DNA of 64,000 nucleotides from Lytechinus pictus (lineage: Eukaryota): contig NC_087262.1 in NCBI RefSeq assembly GCF_037042905.1, positions 20,832,001-20,896,000 on the forward strand. Direction: 5' to 3'. This document shows, piece after piece, positions 39,668 through 52,149 of this stretch. A model generated the notes under the pieces. The model saw only the letters and a list, made by a program, of their open reading frames with translations, searched no databases and had not been told where the DNA came from. Numbering within the stretch: position 1 is the stretch's first letter; each line of letters begins with the position of its first letter. The position numbers and the translations under genes are program-made.

Positions 39668-40460
39668 CTAAAATAAAATGTATACAAAAAATAGTGATAA
39701 TAATAATGGTATTTTATTTCAAGAATGTTCGCAGCATGATCTGAAATGTACAGAGCTTGTACATATAAAAACAAACGAAAATGTAACTACTTTATACAAT
39801 GTGGCGTTAATGATCAAATTTCCTGCATAAAGGTTCGTCCTATTCCTATTCTTTAGATTCTGAAATCTTCTTTTTTTCTGGAGTACCAGTATATAGACTA
39901 AGAATATCACACTGACTTCATGTCTGTGAGTTAAATTGTATGCTTACAAAGTAATACTACTACATGAAACAAACTGGTGGATGATAGTGGATATTGGTAA
40001 CTTAGATTTCAATAGATTAATTTTATTCTTTTTTTTTTGTACTGATTCTGGATGATTCCCAAGTCCCCGCTACATCTCTACTTCTTACCAAAATTCTCAT
40101 CTCGGTACATGTAGTGTTCTCCCCCTGGTGCTATGAAACGAGTGCTCATATAAGAATAAAAAATAATGATTATAAGTCCCATAGTTCATTAAAGTAACAG
40201 ACTTGATACCATGAGTGGTGCCAGAACATCTAGAGCCCATTTCAAAAGGCTGACAACTATTGTGACTTTGCCATTAAAACTACCATGGTAACAGGGCTCG
40301 ACAGCCAATCACATTCAAGGACTCCATACAAGTTAGTTACAATAATGGCAAAGTAACTTACATTAAAGGGGCGAATCATTGTGTGTAAACAATGGGTCGA
40401 CCCTCAACTCTTCTGAATCGAACATTCTGGACCCACTGGTTACAATGTACAGTAGCCTAC

Positions 40461-40786
40461 CTGTTTCTCTTGGGCACCCGTTTGACAGCGATACCCAGAG
40501 TGGCCGGGCAGTTGGTGATCTTAGTCCTAGAACTTGAACTGACGGGACGGGATTTACGGAAACTGCCATGCTGACACCGGTAATGTGCACTGAAGATATT
40601 CTTGAGCCCACCTGCCTTCCCCGTCCATAATAATCGCAGATTTGTACGCGTCTTTTCCTGGAACAGCCTGAGCCAAGTACGAGCATTACACTCAGTCTTT
40701 ATATCCAACCTGAGGAGAGCAGTGATGCCTTCATCAATGATGTCAAACTGACAAACGGTATAGTTGTACCCATCAGGCAACAACTC
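40461..40786 (-). CDS. MULE-transposase-derived cassette, middle exon
   Basis: CTTCAATAG acceptor (phase 0), AG|GTAGGC donor (phase 2); ELLPDGYNY...YRCQH...TKITNCPATL, the first half of a WRKY/FAR1-like Zn finger. Confidence 0.75.
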
Positions 40787-42771
40787 CTATTGAAGAGACA
40801 TACAAATCTAATGAAAATAATCTATTGATCACATTTATGGCCTTGTAAAAATCCTTGAAAACTACAGTATGACCCCATTTTTTGTTTAGAGCAATGAGAT
40901 TATTACTACTGAGGCAAAAATGAACAACAACAAAACTTTGCTATTACCCGATAAACCTGCCAGCTTTGATATTTTATTAAAGTAGATATGGAAAAAGAAA
41001 ATAAATATTGTGACAGGCACTATTTTCCGTAATTCTCATAATTTCCTAATATTAAAATTAACATATGCCTCTTCAATGATCTTGGTTTCTAAAAGGCACC
41101 CTCCCCCCCCCCCCCAATATCCCAGTGCGTATTGAGTGTAACAAAGCTTGCATGCCCTTGCAAAATTTCTCCTATCCAATTAATGGCCTTATTTTTCTCA
41201 AATCTCCTAAAATAAAAGACCTTATCTAGATTCTAGTACCAGTCCTGAAATTTTAAATGAAAATAAAAACATTTAGCCTATAAATAATATTAAAAATAAT
41301 TTTGATTGGCACATTTATTCCCTTATCACTTAGTTGTTTAAAAACAAATTACAATCAACAACACCTAGCCTGACCAATCTCAAACTTCAAAAGACAAATA
41401 CAGCTAACACTGTCTGAAAGAAATAAATAAATATAGAAATCGATTAAATAGACATTTTAGAAAGGAGGACTTGGAAATGTATAGGAAAAAGAAAGCATAT
41501 GCCCCAAAAATAAAGAGACGAACATAAAAGGAATACTGGTTAAATTACTGTCAGTCTTTGTGGAGAACATCCAACTTTATAGGAAAAGTATGGGAAAAGG
41601 TAAAAGGACTACAAAATGGTTCTGTCTCAAAACATATATTTCCCAATTTATTAACAGAAAACAATACACCAGTAGCTAATGCTCAAGAAAAGGCAGAATT
41701 TGTTGCTAAGGCTTTTAAAACAATAGACAATCGATTAGACAATGACGAGATTATTAGAAGAAATTCATTTGAAAATTTAATACAAAATACGATCAAAGAA
41801 AGCTGCTCCTCTGAATCACCTCTTTATGATGAATTTACATATAATGAATTAACAAGCGCTGTTACAGAAATGAAAAAATCTGCAGCAGGAACATATGGTA
41901 TCAAATCAATTATGACACAACACCTACCAAAAATAGCTCTTCAGTTCATATTAGTTTTAGTAAACAATATTTGGAATTCCTCAATTCTACCCTCAGATTG
42001 GCATTATTCTATCCAGATCCCTGTACTTAAACCAGGTAAAGACCCAACAAACCCTTCTTCATATCGACCTATTTCCTTGACATCAACTTTCTCCAAACTG
42101 ATGGAAAGAATGGTTAAAAATAGACTTGTATGATTCATGGAGCGATGCAGTATCCTGACACCAACACAGGCTGGATTTAGAAAAAATAGAAGTTCTTTAG
42201 ATCAGCTCCTCAGATTAGAAACGGACATACATGTACAGAAAGGATTAGCTAACAAGGAGTATGTCCTAGTTATTTTCATTGACCTTGAAAAGGCATACGA
42301 CCTTTTATGGAGAAAGGGAATAGTATTTAAATGTCATCAAGCTGGTATAAAAGGAAAAATGTTACAGTGGATTAATTCATTTTTACAAGATTGATATTGC
42401 AAGGTAAAAATTAATGGCCAATTATCTTCACAATTTGTTCTGGACAATGGAACGCCCCAAGGTAGCACTTGTTATTAGTCAAATTTTGTTCAATTTAATG
42501 TTGAATGATCTAAAACTGATAGAAAAATCTGTAAAAATCTCTATGTATGCCGATGATATTGCCGTATGATGCTCAGGCAGAAATCTTGACTTTTTACAAA
42601 AGAAAATGCAGAAAGCTATAAAAGAAATTGAACAGTGGTGCTCAACCTGGAGTATGACTATTTCTCCTCAAAAGTCTGCTGTTATGATTTTTACCAATAG
42701 GCATATAGATGTATTAATTTTCAGGTTAAAGATAACTCTATACCACAATACAAAGAATATAAGTTACTGGG

Positions 42772-44206
42772 ATCGGAGAGCGCCCTCGACGCTGATGAAT
42801 CGTTTCTAATTTTGCTCAACCTAATCTGACGGTTTTTAGCCAAAAACTGTGTAATGGACGAGTAAGTACTTCTTTTTGAAGTATTCTTTTCATTCTTTGG
42901 TGTTAAGAAAAAGGAAAAAGATGGATCAGAAAAGGCAATCCTGCTCGGACGGACAAAACTCTCCCTCCAAACCGGCACCCAAACGAGTAGCAGGCCCGCT
43001 GGACTTTACTGGTGAATTTGACAAATATGCAGATGTAGTTGACGGCCCCCCGAGCTGGTTTCTACGTTTCTTTGAGGGTTTTGAGAAGCGTCTAGATGAA
43101 AAGATTGCAAAAAGGTTGGATGAAGTGTGTCTTAAACTAAAGGAGCATGATGAATGTGTCTCAGCCTGTTCACTTCAAATTGACACTTTGGAGAACGAAA
43201 TCCAAGTTTTAAAGAAGGAGAGATCGAATCTTGAAATCAAACTTGATGACTTGGAAAATAGGAGCCGTAGGTGTAATCTGGTGTTTCACGGCATCCCAGA
43301 AAGCCCTAGAGAGAATTGCCAGGCTGCTATGCAAAATATGCTGACAACCTTCGTTGGTCTGGCTGCTGGTGACTTTGTTATTGAGCGTTGCCATCGTACT
43401 CCGAATACACCGCTTCCCAGAGCTGATCATCAGAACGAGAAGAGGTCTCCGCGTATCATCCATGCAGCATTTTCCTCCTACTCCAACAAAGAGAAAGTTC
43501 GCAAGGCATGTGTAGCTAAATTCAAGGCAGAGCGTTTCAATGGAAGCAAGATATTTGTGAGCGATGACTACTCCAAGAGGGTCATTAACATGAGGAAGGA
43601 AAAAATGGGGAAGTTCAAGCAGTTGAAAGAGAAAAATAAGAGACCATTCTTCCTCTATCCTGACCGTCTTGCTTTCAGATCAGGAGATGGGAAGTTGCAC
43701 TTTGTTCAGTAACTGTGACTCTGACTGTTTGACACGTTTATTTCACTTTCTTGATCAATCATTTTTTACTGTTTAGAAAACGAGAAATTACATGTGTTTT
43801 TGTTGGGTTGTTTTTAATGCCAACCTTATGTATTTATCATTTGGCCACTCTTGCTTATTTTTATGTCTTAGTGTTTTCGAGAGAGTAGTAGTGGGGTAGT
43901 GCCCCTTTCATGCTTATGTGGCATTTGTGTTTTGTCTTTGTGTTTTATAGCTTATATTTAGACTGTGCTGATTTTTTTTAACGTAGGCCTTAAACCTGCC
44001 AGATACTCTATAGATTCATATTCGTTAGCCCCTGTCCAAAGGTTTGGACTTGCTGTTTTTTGCAAAGCCATTTTTTGATTTGAGGCTTTGCCCCCACCTT
44101 TGCGCAGCTGCGCCCTTTTGTATATACTTCCTTTTTAATAGTTTTTTTCTTTCTTTCTTTCTTATATTGATTCAATAAAACACATTTTAAAAAAATTTAA
44201 AATAAT
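42772..44206 (+). mobile_element. ORF1-only (HAL1-like) non-autonomous retroelement inserted in the LINE RT domain
   Basis: Flanked by AAGAATATAAGTT(A/T)CTGGG (42753-42771, 44207-44225); AATAAA at 44174 followed by an A-rich tail; no ORF2. Confidence 0.85.
42921..43712 (+). CDS. L1-type ORF1p-like protein (coiled coil + RRM + CTD), 263 aa, intact
   Basis: Heptad region, then LDDLENRSRRCNLVFHGIPE, IERCHR, PRIIHAAF, IFVSDDYS, FLYPDRL. Confidence 0.88.
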   Translation: MDQKRQSCSDGQNSPSKPAPKRVAGPLDFTGEFDKYADVVDGPPSWFLRFFEGFEKRLDEKIAKRLDEVCLKLKEHDECVSACSLQIDTLENEIQVLKKERSNLEIKLDDLENRSRRCNLVFHGIPESPRENCQAAMQNMLTTFVGLAAGDFVIERCHRTPNTPLPRADHQNEKRSPRIIHAAFSSYSNKEKVRKACVAKFKAERFNGSKIFVSDDYSKRVINMRKEKMGKFKQLKEKNKRPFFLYPDRLAFRSGDGKLHFVQ

Positions 44207-46452
44207 AAGAATATAAGTTTCTGGGTATTTGGTTTGATGTGAAACTCACCTGGAAAAAGCACATCGATTATATAAAACTCAAATGTTAAAAAAGAATCAA
44301 TTTGTTACGGTGTATAGCAGGAACAAGTTGGGGAAATAATAAAACGATTCTTTATATAATATACAAAGGTCTTATTAGATCCATATTAGACTACAGATGT
44401 GAGTTATACGACTCGGCTAGCCTTTCGCTAAAACAAGAATTAGATTCAATCCAATATCAGTCACTGAAAATAATAACTGGTGCAGTATATAACCTGCCCT
44501 TGAAGCACTACAGGTAGAATGTGGTGAAAGACCTTTACAACTAAGAGAACTGTCAGTTGACAAATACATGTTTAATGTTTTATCTTTTAACAGAGATACT
44601 CATCATCCTACTTTAGAAATTATTGAACCTTCCTGGTATATTAATCAATTTACTTGGAAATCAGGTCGTGGACCCTTTGTAGTCAGAGCACGTAAGCCAA
44701 ATGAAGAGATCCAAATTGAACAACTAAGCCAAAGAATATTACGAGAACATTTTTGGTCATATGAAATACCTAATATATCTTACTATATCCATAAGATTAT
44801 CAATAAACAACGTAACTTAGTACAAGATATGAAAAACTGTGTCTCAGAAAGGATACATACAAGATGGAAAGGTTACTTAAAGATCTACACTGATGGATCA
44901 AAACAAGAAGACAAGAGAACCAGCTCTGCTTTTTATATACCAGAACTGGATATTAAAATATTCTATAGATTAAATTCTGTAAGTATAATGAGAGCCGAAT
45001 TAACAGCAATGGTAATGGCACTTGATTGGCTAGGAGATAACAGAGGTATGTCCTTGGTAATTTTTACAGATTCGTTGTCTGCTCTTCAAGAACTCAAAAG
45101 CAATCGTATACAAAACAATCTTATTGTTGATATCTTGTATAAAATCAAAGTTTTACAATCATCAGATATTCATGTCAATTTTGAATGGATACCATCCCAT
45201 TGTGGTATTCACGGGAATGAAGTGGCAGACCTTTTAGCCAAAAAAGGAGCATCAAAAGAACAAGTTGAATTAAACATTCCATATATCAAAGAGGAATGGA
45301 ATACCCACATGTCTTTGATTTATAAAGATGTCTGGCAGGCTCAATGGGTATCTTCATCTAAAGGAAGACATTTATTTAGCATCCAACCCAACGTGGCAGA
45401 TACAATTAGTTATCAAGGTCTCATTCGGTTTGAAGAGACTATGATACACCGTTTAAGACTCGGAAAATGTAAATTGAATTATTATCTGTCTAAATGTAAT
45501 CAACATGAAAATGGTCTATGTTCCCATTGTCAGGTTCCTGAGACTATAGAACATTTTTACTACAATGTAAGAAATATGAAAGAGAAAGAAGAATTATGCA
45601 AAGAAGCCTGAAATTAAACAAGCCAGATCTAGCAACATTATTGGGTAGAAATGCAGATTATAAAGTCATCCTGAATGATGTGAAAAAAACAAAGAGATTC
45701 GAATAAGAATATTCCACTGATCTCTCTCCATATCTTTCTCTCTGTCTTCCTTTTGTTCTGATGATTAGTGATAATTCTTAGACTACTAAAATTGAGCTTC
45801 GACCTAGCTTCTTATATAAGTTTGCATACTATGAAGTACAAAAACGCACAATTTAATGGTGGAGGTAACTAATCTTAATTATATTGCACCTCGCTATATG
45901 TCAATATGACAGGCCAGACTAGGACTAACGCAAAGGACCCGGACATTGAAGCGGGAATTAAGTAACTAACTCGGAAACGACCTGGCGCAGATAATCTACT
46001 AGATTGAAGAGCACCAACTTAACTCCAACACCAACCAACTGTCTGACTCTGACTCGCAATACGTGTGAGTGGATTCGATTCTGCACAGCCACATGCCGCA
46101 ATTACCATGGTTACTGGACCAGGCCAGAATTCGAATCCCTGCATCAACTGAAGATCATGTCCTCATTAATTGCTAACACAGAAATTTTAAAAAATTGGGT
46201 GATAATAATAAGAAAATTAAATTAAAAGCGCTTTCGCACGGCCTAAGTCTCTAGTCTAAGAAGTTATGAAGCAGTGTTCCACAACCTGTTCCGAACACTC
46301 TCGGCCCCCGCACGGGATGGCGCAGGGCCAGCTGCGGGGCGATGATCCGGCCGGTGTCCCCAAAACCCACTAATTTCGGTCTGTATTACTAAATGGAATA
46401 CTTGCGAAAGTTGAAATTATTTCATAAATATTTTATGTGTCAGGCAACTTAC

Positions 46453-46545
46453 ACACAATCTTGTTATCTCAGAATTGACACCACATCTGTCCAAACACTC
46501 ATCTTCGGTGCAGAAATCCAATTTTGTCTTCCAGTTTGGGTCCAT
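46453..46545 (-). CDS. Candidate first coding exon of the minus-strand transposase-derived locus
   Basis: ATG at 46545, MDPNWKTKLDFCTEDECLDRCGVNSEITRLC, consensus donor GTAAGT, phase 0; CpG-richer flank at 46230-46380. Confidence 0.62.
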
Positions 46546-46800
46546 TCTTGATTGATGCAGTCGACTATCTCCGCAACTAACTGTAGATGGCGCTATTCCA
46601 ATTGAGCCAGAGTTATCAATAGACAAATTGAGCCAGGCCTTGACTTGAGCCAGAGTACATTCCTCTAATTAACCTTTAAAATAATCTTTTAGCCTTTTTT
46701 TTTTCTTGTACAATTATGTGCAAAAGAGATTTATTTCTATTCTGTTCAGGAAAAAAGTCATCTTTTACAAAGTCTTTTATTTGTTGATTGAAATATTTTG

Positions 46801-47220
46801 TTTTCTCTCTCTGCTTTCACATTGTTATGGAAGAGAAACTGGGCAGTTAACTTCATTTGTAATAATTTGTAATCTCATTGATATTGATTTATTTATTTGT
46901 TTCGTATACAGTCATGTACAAAATCTTTATTTATATGAATTGTGATTGTAAACTTATTGATTTGAAAGAGGAAGAAAATAAAATATTATTAAAAAAAAAT
47001 AGGACTAGGTTTTTTTTTTCTCTCTGCTTTCACATTGTTATGGAAGAGAAATTGAGCAGTTAACTTCACTTGTAATGATTCTGAAAATTTGTAATATCAT
47101 TGATATTGATATATTTATTTGTTTCGTAGTCATGTGCAAAATTTTGATTTATATGAATTGTGATTGTAAACTTATTGATTTGAAAGAGGAAGAAAATAAA
47201 ATAAAATATTATTTTAAAAA
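46801..47220 (+). repeat. ~215-bp two-copy tandem repeat
   Basis: CTCTGCTTTCACATTGTTATGGAAGAGAAA...GAAAGAGGAAGAAAATAAAATA occurs at ~46809 and ~47022. Confidence 0.9.
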
Positions 47221-48104
47221 AAGTAAATACTCAGAATTGAGCAAGAGCTTCGGTTCGGGAACCTGCATGGATCAAACAACACTCCTCCCAACTCCTGGTT
47301 TCGTAAAAAGACTTGTCTGAAAAGTAAGTTTTACCCAATAGTAACCTTAGAAATTGTGCTTCTTAAACAATTAAAATTAAGAAAAATTGTCAGATCTGAC
47401 TACTTGTCGGATAAAAATGTTAATGATACGCTCCATATCAAAGTTGTTTGTCAGACAAGTTCCACAAAAATTTATGAAACGCTGGTCTTCTTGAACTTGC
47501 ATGCATGTCATCACAGGATACATTATTCGCGATCTCCTCCCCTTCTGAACCATGCTATTCAACCCCTCCCCCTTCCTATATAAGTTTCCCTAATGAAACT
47601 GAAGATTTTTATAAGCTCGCATGGTCGTGGTCGCTACGCCCCTTCAGATTTTTCGGGGGGGGGGGTTAGTACTTATAATGGCTGAGTTATGCGATTTAAA
47701 CGGCAGAAAAGATGTCATAACTACCAATATTAGAGAGATTTGGAGATAGGGGAGATGTGATTGTAAGACTGAGAGGGGGGAATTAAAATGGGGATGCCGT
47801 TGATGTGAGTGGTAAGTGGTGGAAGATGTTGAGAGACGGAGGATGGTCGGAGGGATAAGGGATTGAGGATGGTAAAAGGGAGGAGAGATGATGAGAGAGA
47901 TCTGACGGTATATAAAGAGAGGATGGTTATAGAGAAGGGAAATGGAAAAAGGGTGGTATAGATGTTATGGTAACAGATAGAGGATGGTGAGAGGAGAGAG
48001 GAAGGATATTTAGGATAGATAATCAAAGAGATGGGGATGGTGAGAAGGAAATATGGTATAAGAAAGGTGTGGTGATCAAAGAGATAGAGGGATGCAAGTA
48101 GAAG

Positions 48105-51085
48105 ATATAGAGGATGGTGAGGGGGTGGATGTATGGTAGGTGAGATGTGATGGTAAGAGATAGAGGATGGTGAGAGGGGGAGGATGTATGGTAGGTGAGA
48201 TGTGATGGTAAGAGATAGAGGATGGTGAGAGAGGGAGGATGTATGGTAGGTGAGATGTGATGGTAAGAGATAGAGGATGGTGAGAGGGGGAGGATGTATG
48301 GTAGGTGAGATGTGATGGTAAGAGATAGAGGATGGTAAGAAGGGGAGGATGTATGGTAGGTGAGATGTGATGGTAAGAGATATAGGATGGTGAGAGGGGG
48401 AGGATGTATGGTAGGTGAGATGTGATGGTAAGAGATAGAGGATGGTGAGAGGGGGAGGATGTATGGTAGGTGATATGTGATGGTAAGAGATAGAGGATGG
48501 TGAGAAGGGGAGGATGTATGGTAGGTGAGATGTGATGGTAAGAGATATAGGATGGTGAGAGGGGGAGGATGTATGGTAGGTGAGATGTGATGGTAAGAGA
48601 TAGAGGATGGTGAGAGTGGGAGGATGTATGGTAGGTGAGATGTGATGGTAAGAGATAGAGGATGGTGAGAGGGGGAGGATGTATGATAGAGAGATGTGAT
48701 GGTAAGGGATAGAGGATGGTGAGAAGGGGAGGATGTATGGTAGGTGAGATGTGATGGTAAGAGATAGAGGATGGTGAGAGAGGGGGAGTGTGTATGGTAG
48801 GTGAGATGTGATGGTAAGAGATAGAGGATGGTGAAAGGGGGAGGATGTATGATAGAGAGATGTGATGGTAAGGGATAGAGGATGGTGAGAAGGGGAGGAT
48901 GTATGGTAGGTGAGATGTGATGGTAAGAGATAGAGGATGATGAGAGAGGGGGAGGATGTATGGTAGGTGAGATGTGATGGTAAGAGATAGAGGATGGTGA
49001 GAAGGGGAGGATGTATGGTAGGTGAGATGTGATGGTAAGAGATAGAGGATGGTGAGAAGGGGAGGATGTAAGGTAGGTGAGATGTGATGGTAAGAGATAG
49101 AGGATGGTGAGAAGGGGAGGATGTATGGTAGGTGAGATGTGATGGTAAGAGATAGAGGATGGTGAGAGAGGGGGAGGATGTATGGTAGGTGAGATGTGAT
49201 GGTAAGAGATAGAGGATGGTGAGAAGGGGAGGATGTATGGTAGGTGAGATGTGATGGTAAGAGATAGAGGATGGTGAGAAGGGGAGGATGTATGGTAGGT
49301 GAGATGTGATGGTAAGAGATAGAGGATGGTGAGAAGGGGAGGATGTATGGTAGGTGAGATGTGATGGTAAGAGATAGAGGATGGTGAGAAGGGGAGGATG
49401 TATGGTAGGTGAGATGTGATGGTAAGAGATAGAGGATGGTGAGAGAGGGGGAGGATGTATGGTAGGTGAGATGTGATGGTAAGAGATAGAGGATGGTGAG
49501 AAGGGGAGGATGTATGGTAGGTGAGATGTGATGGTAAGAGATAGAGGATGGTGAGAAGGGGAGGATGTATGGTAGGTGAGATGTGATGGTAAGAGATAGA
49601 GGATGGTGAGAGGGGGAGGATGTATGGTAGGTGAAATGTGATGGTAAGAGATAGAGGATGGTGAGAAGGGGAGGATGTATGGTAGGTGAGATGTGATGGT
49701 AAGAGATAGAGGATGGTGAGATGGGGAGGATGTATGGTAGGTGAGATGTGATGGTAAGAGATAGAGGATGATGAGAAGGGGAGGATGTATGGTAGGTGAG
49801 ATGTGATGGTAAGAGATAGAGGATGGTGAGAAGGGGAGGATGTATGGTAGGTGAGATGTGATGGTAAGAGATAGAGGATGGTGAGAAGGGGAGGATGTAT
49901 GGTAGGTGAGATGTGATGGTAAGAGATAGAGGATGGTGAGAGGGGGAGGATGTATGGTAGGTGAGATGTGATGGTAAGAGATAGAGGATGGTGAGAAGGG
50001 GAGGATGTATGGTAGGTGAGATGTGATGGTAAGAGATAGAGGATGGTGAGAAGGGGAGGATGTATGGTAGGTGAGATGTGATGGTAAGAGATAGAGGATG
50101 GTGAGAGAGGGGGAGGATGTATGGTAGGTGAGATGTGATGGTAAGAGATAGAGGATGGTGAGAAGGGGAGGATGTATGGTAGGTGAGATGTGATGGTAAG
50201 AGATAGAGGATGGTGAGAAGGGGAGGATGTATGGTAGGTGAGATGTGATGGTAAGAGATAGAGGATGGTGAGAGGGGGAGGATGTATGGTAGGTGAGATG
50301 TGATGGTAAGAGATAGAGGATGGTGAGAAGGGGAGGATGTATGGTAGGTGAAATGTGATGGTAAGAGATAGAGGATGGTGAGAAGGGGAGGATGTATGGT
50401 AGGTGAGATGTGATGGTAAGAGATAGAGGATGGTGAGAGGGGGAGGATGTATGGTAGGTGAGATGTGATGGTAAGAGATAGAGGATGATGAGAAGGGGAG
50501 GATGTATGGTAGGTGAGATGTGATGGTAAGAGATAGAGGATGGTGAGAAGGGGAGGATGTATGGTAGGTGAGATGTGATGGTAAGAGATAGAGGATGATG
50601 AGAAGGGGAGGATGTATGGTAGGTGAGATGTGATGGTAAGAGATAGAGGATGGTGAGAGAGGGGGAGGGTGTATGGTAGGTGAGATGTGATGGTAAGAGA
50701 TAGAGGATGGTGAGAGGGGGAGGATGTATGATAGAGAGATGTGATGGTAAGGGATAGAGGATGGTGAGAAGGGGAGGATGTATGGTAGGTGAGATGTGAT
50801 GGTAAGAGATAGAGGATGGTGATCGGTGGAGGATGTATGGTAGGTGAGATGTGATGGTAAGAGATAGAGGATGGTGAGAAGGGGAGGATGTATGGTAGGT
50901 GAGATGTGATGGTAAGAGATTGAGGATGGTGAGAGAGGGGGAGGGTGCATGGTAGGTGAGATGTGATGGTAAGAGATAGAGGATGGTGAGAAGGGGAGGA
51001 TGTATGGTAGGTGAGATGTGATGATAAGAGATAGAGGATGGTGAGAGGGGGAGGATGTATGATAGAGATATGTGATGGTAAGAGA
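48105..51085 (+). repeat. 55-bp purine-rich minisatellite, roughly 54 copies
   Basis: Unit GGTAGGTGAGATGTGATGGTAAGAGATAGAGGATGGTGAGAAGGGGAGGATGTAT with slightly longer and shorter variants; degenerate purine-rich flanks from 47730 to 51150. Confidence 0.97.
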
Positions 51086-51958
51086 TGATAAGAGGATATG
51101 GTGAGAGAGGCATGGTATAAGAGATATGTGATTATATAAAGTGGAGATGGATATAGCCTAATTGTTGTTTGGTGGATCAATCAATGAATTTCATTTTATT
51201 GTCCACATGGAAATTCATTTTATACATTAACATTTTGTAATAAAATGTTACATAATATATCACATGCATAGATGTAATTATACAAAAATTACATTAGAAA
51301 TTTACAAATACAAGGGATGTACGCTGGATTATAGCATTCGGATATCGAATTTTTTTTCTTACATCCTCGCGGAAGATAAAACAAGACTATTTCGACTTAA
51401 ATCCGGCAATCTGACCACCCTCCCCCTTCCCCTTCTTGGGACCTGGGAGTTAAAGTAGGCCCACGCCTACATCCCCAAATATTATCTTAATCTCCAAGTT
51501 TATCAATAATCCTTGGGCTGACGCGGACTCAATCTGAGAGCTTCTTAGTTTGATTTGATGAATGAAAAGTGCATTGAGCTTTTCCTTTACAAGTCCCTAA
51601 ATATAAACATCATACAAAGACAGAACCTCAATGGGACCAGCATTTGCATGCCAAAGCGGTCAAGAAAAAAGTAGCACAACCCATTCAGCAGGTGCACTCA
51701 AACGTGCATGAAGTCGGATTCCCAACGGATGTTTTCATGAAATGCTTTAAAATCACATTTCCTACAAAATCATGACAGAAATTATTTCACCTTAAAATTT
51801 AAGGCTTTAATGATTACATAATTTATGATGTTAAGTAACTCATTGTAGAAACACGCAATTTTAATTATTGTTATACCATTATTCATTATCAAAAGTTTTG
51901 GAACCGATTCGCTTTTCGACCCCCTTCCTTTACCCCTATTCAAGAACTATTGACGTTA

Positions 51959-51973
51959 GTTACCCGTAGCAAC
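51959..51973. promoter_or_regulatory. RFX X-box in the probable CDKL promoter
   Basis: GTTACCCGTAGCAAC fits GTNRCC-N(0-3)-RGYAAC, at the start of a CpG-rich patch (51950-52430). Confidence 0.65.
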
Positions 51974-52149
51974 TGTACTCGGCCCATTGCACAGATACCG
52001 TACCGCAATGCATGCCCCATGCACGGTGGGACACCCCAAGCTCAGCCTTCGACTCCCGGGAGCTCCCAGGCGCACGTACTCTCACGATATGGCATATGGA
52101 CGTACCGGGCCGCGTACCGTATACGTCGATCATCAGTAAATTTACATAG

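Larger units (their letters stand above)
41410..45970 (+). mobile_element. 5'-truncated, decayed I-group LINE (RT + RNase H + CCHC), antisense in intron 1
   Basis: SYRPISLTS, QAGFRK, DLEKAYD, GTPQGS, YADD, FLGIWFD; RNase H IYTDGSK...RAEL...FTDSLS...WIPSHCGIHGNE.AD; CSHC...ETIEH; several stops and frameshifts; ends in TAAC repeats at ~45960-45970. Confidence 0.9.

Noticed and set aside
48105-51085. CRISPR-like array
   Set aside because: Units are directly adjacent with no unique spacers, there are no cas genes, and the context is eukaryotic.
47730-51180. Three ~1000-aa minus-strand ORFs rich in H/P/S/L
   Set aside because: Artefact of the 55-bp minisatellite: the unit has no minus-strand stop in any frame, and 55 is not a multiple of 3, so all frames give the same cyclic peptide.
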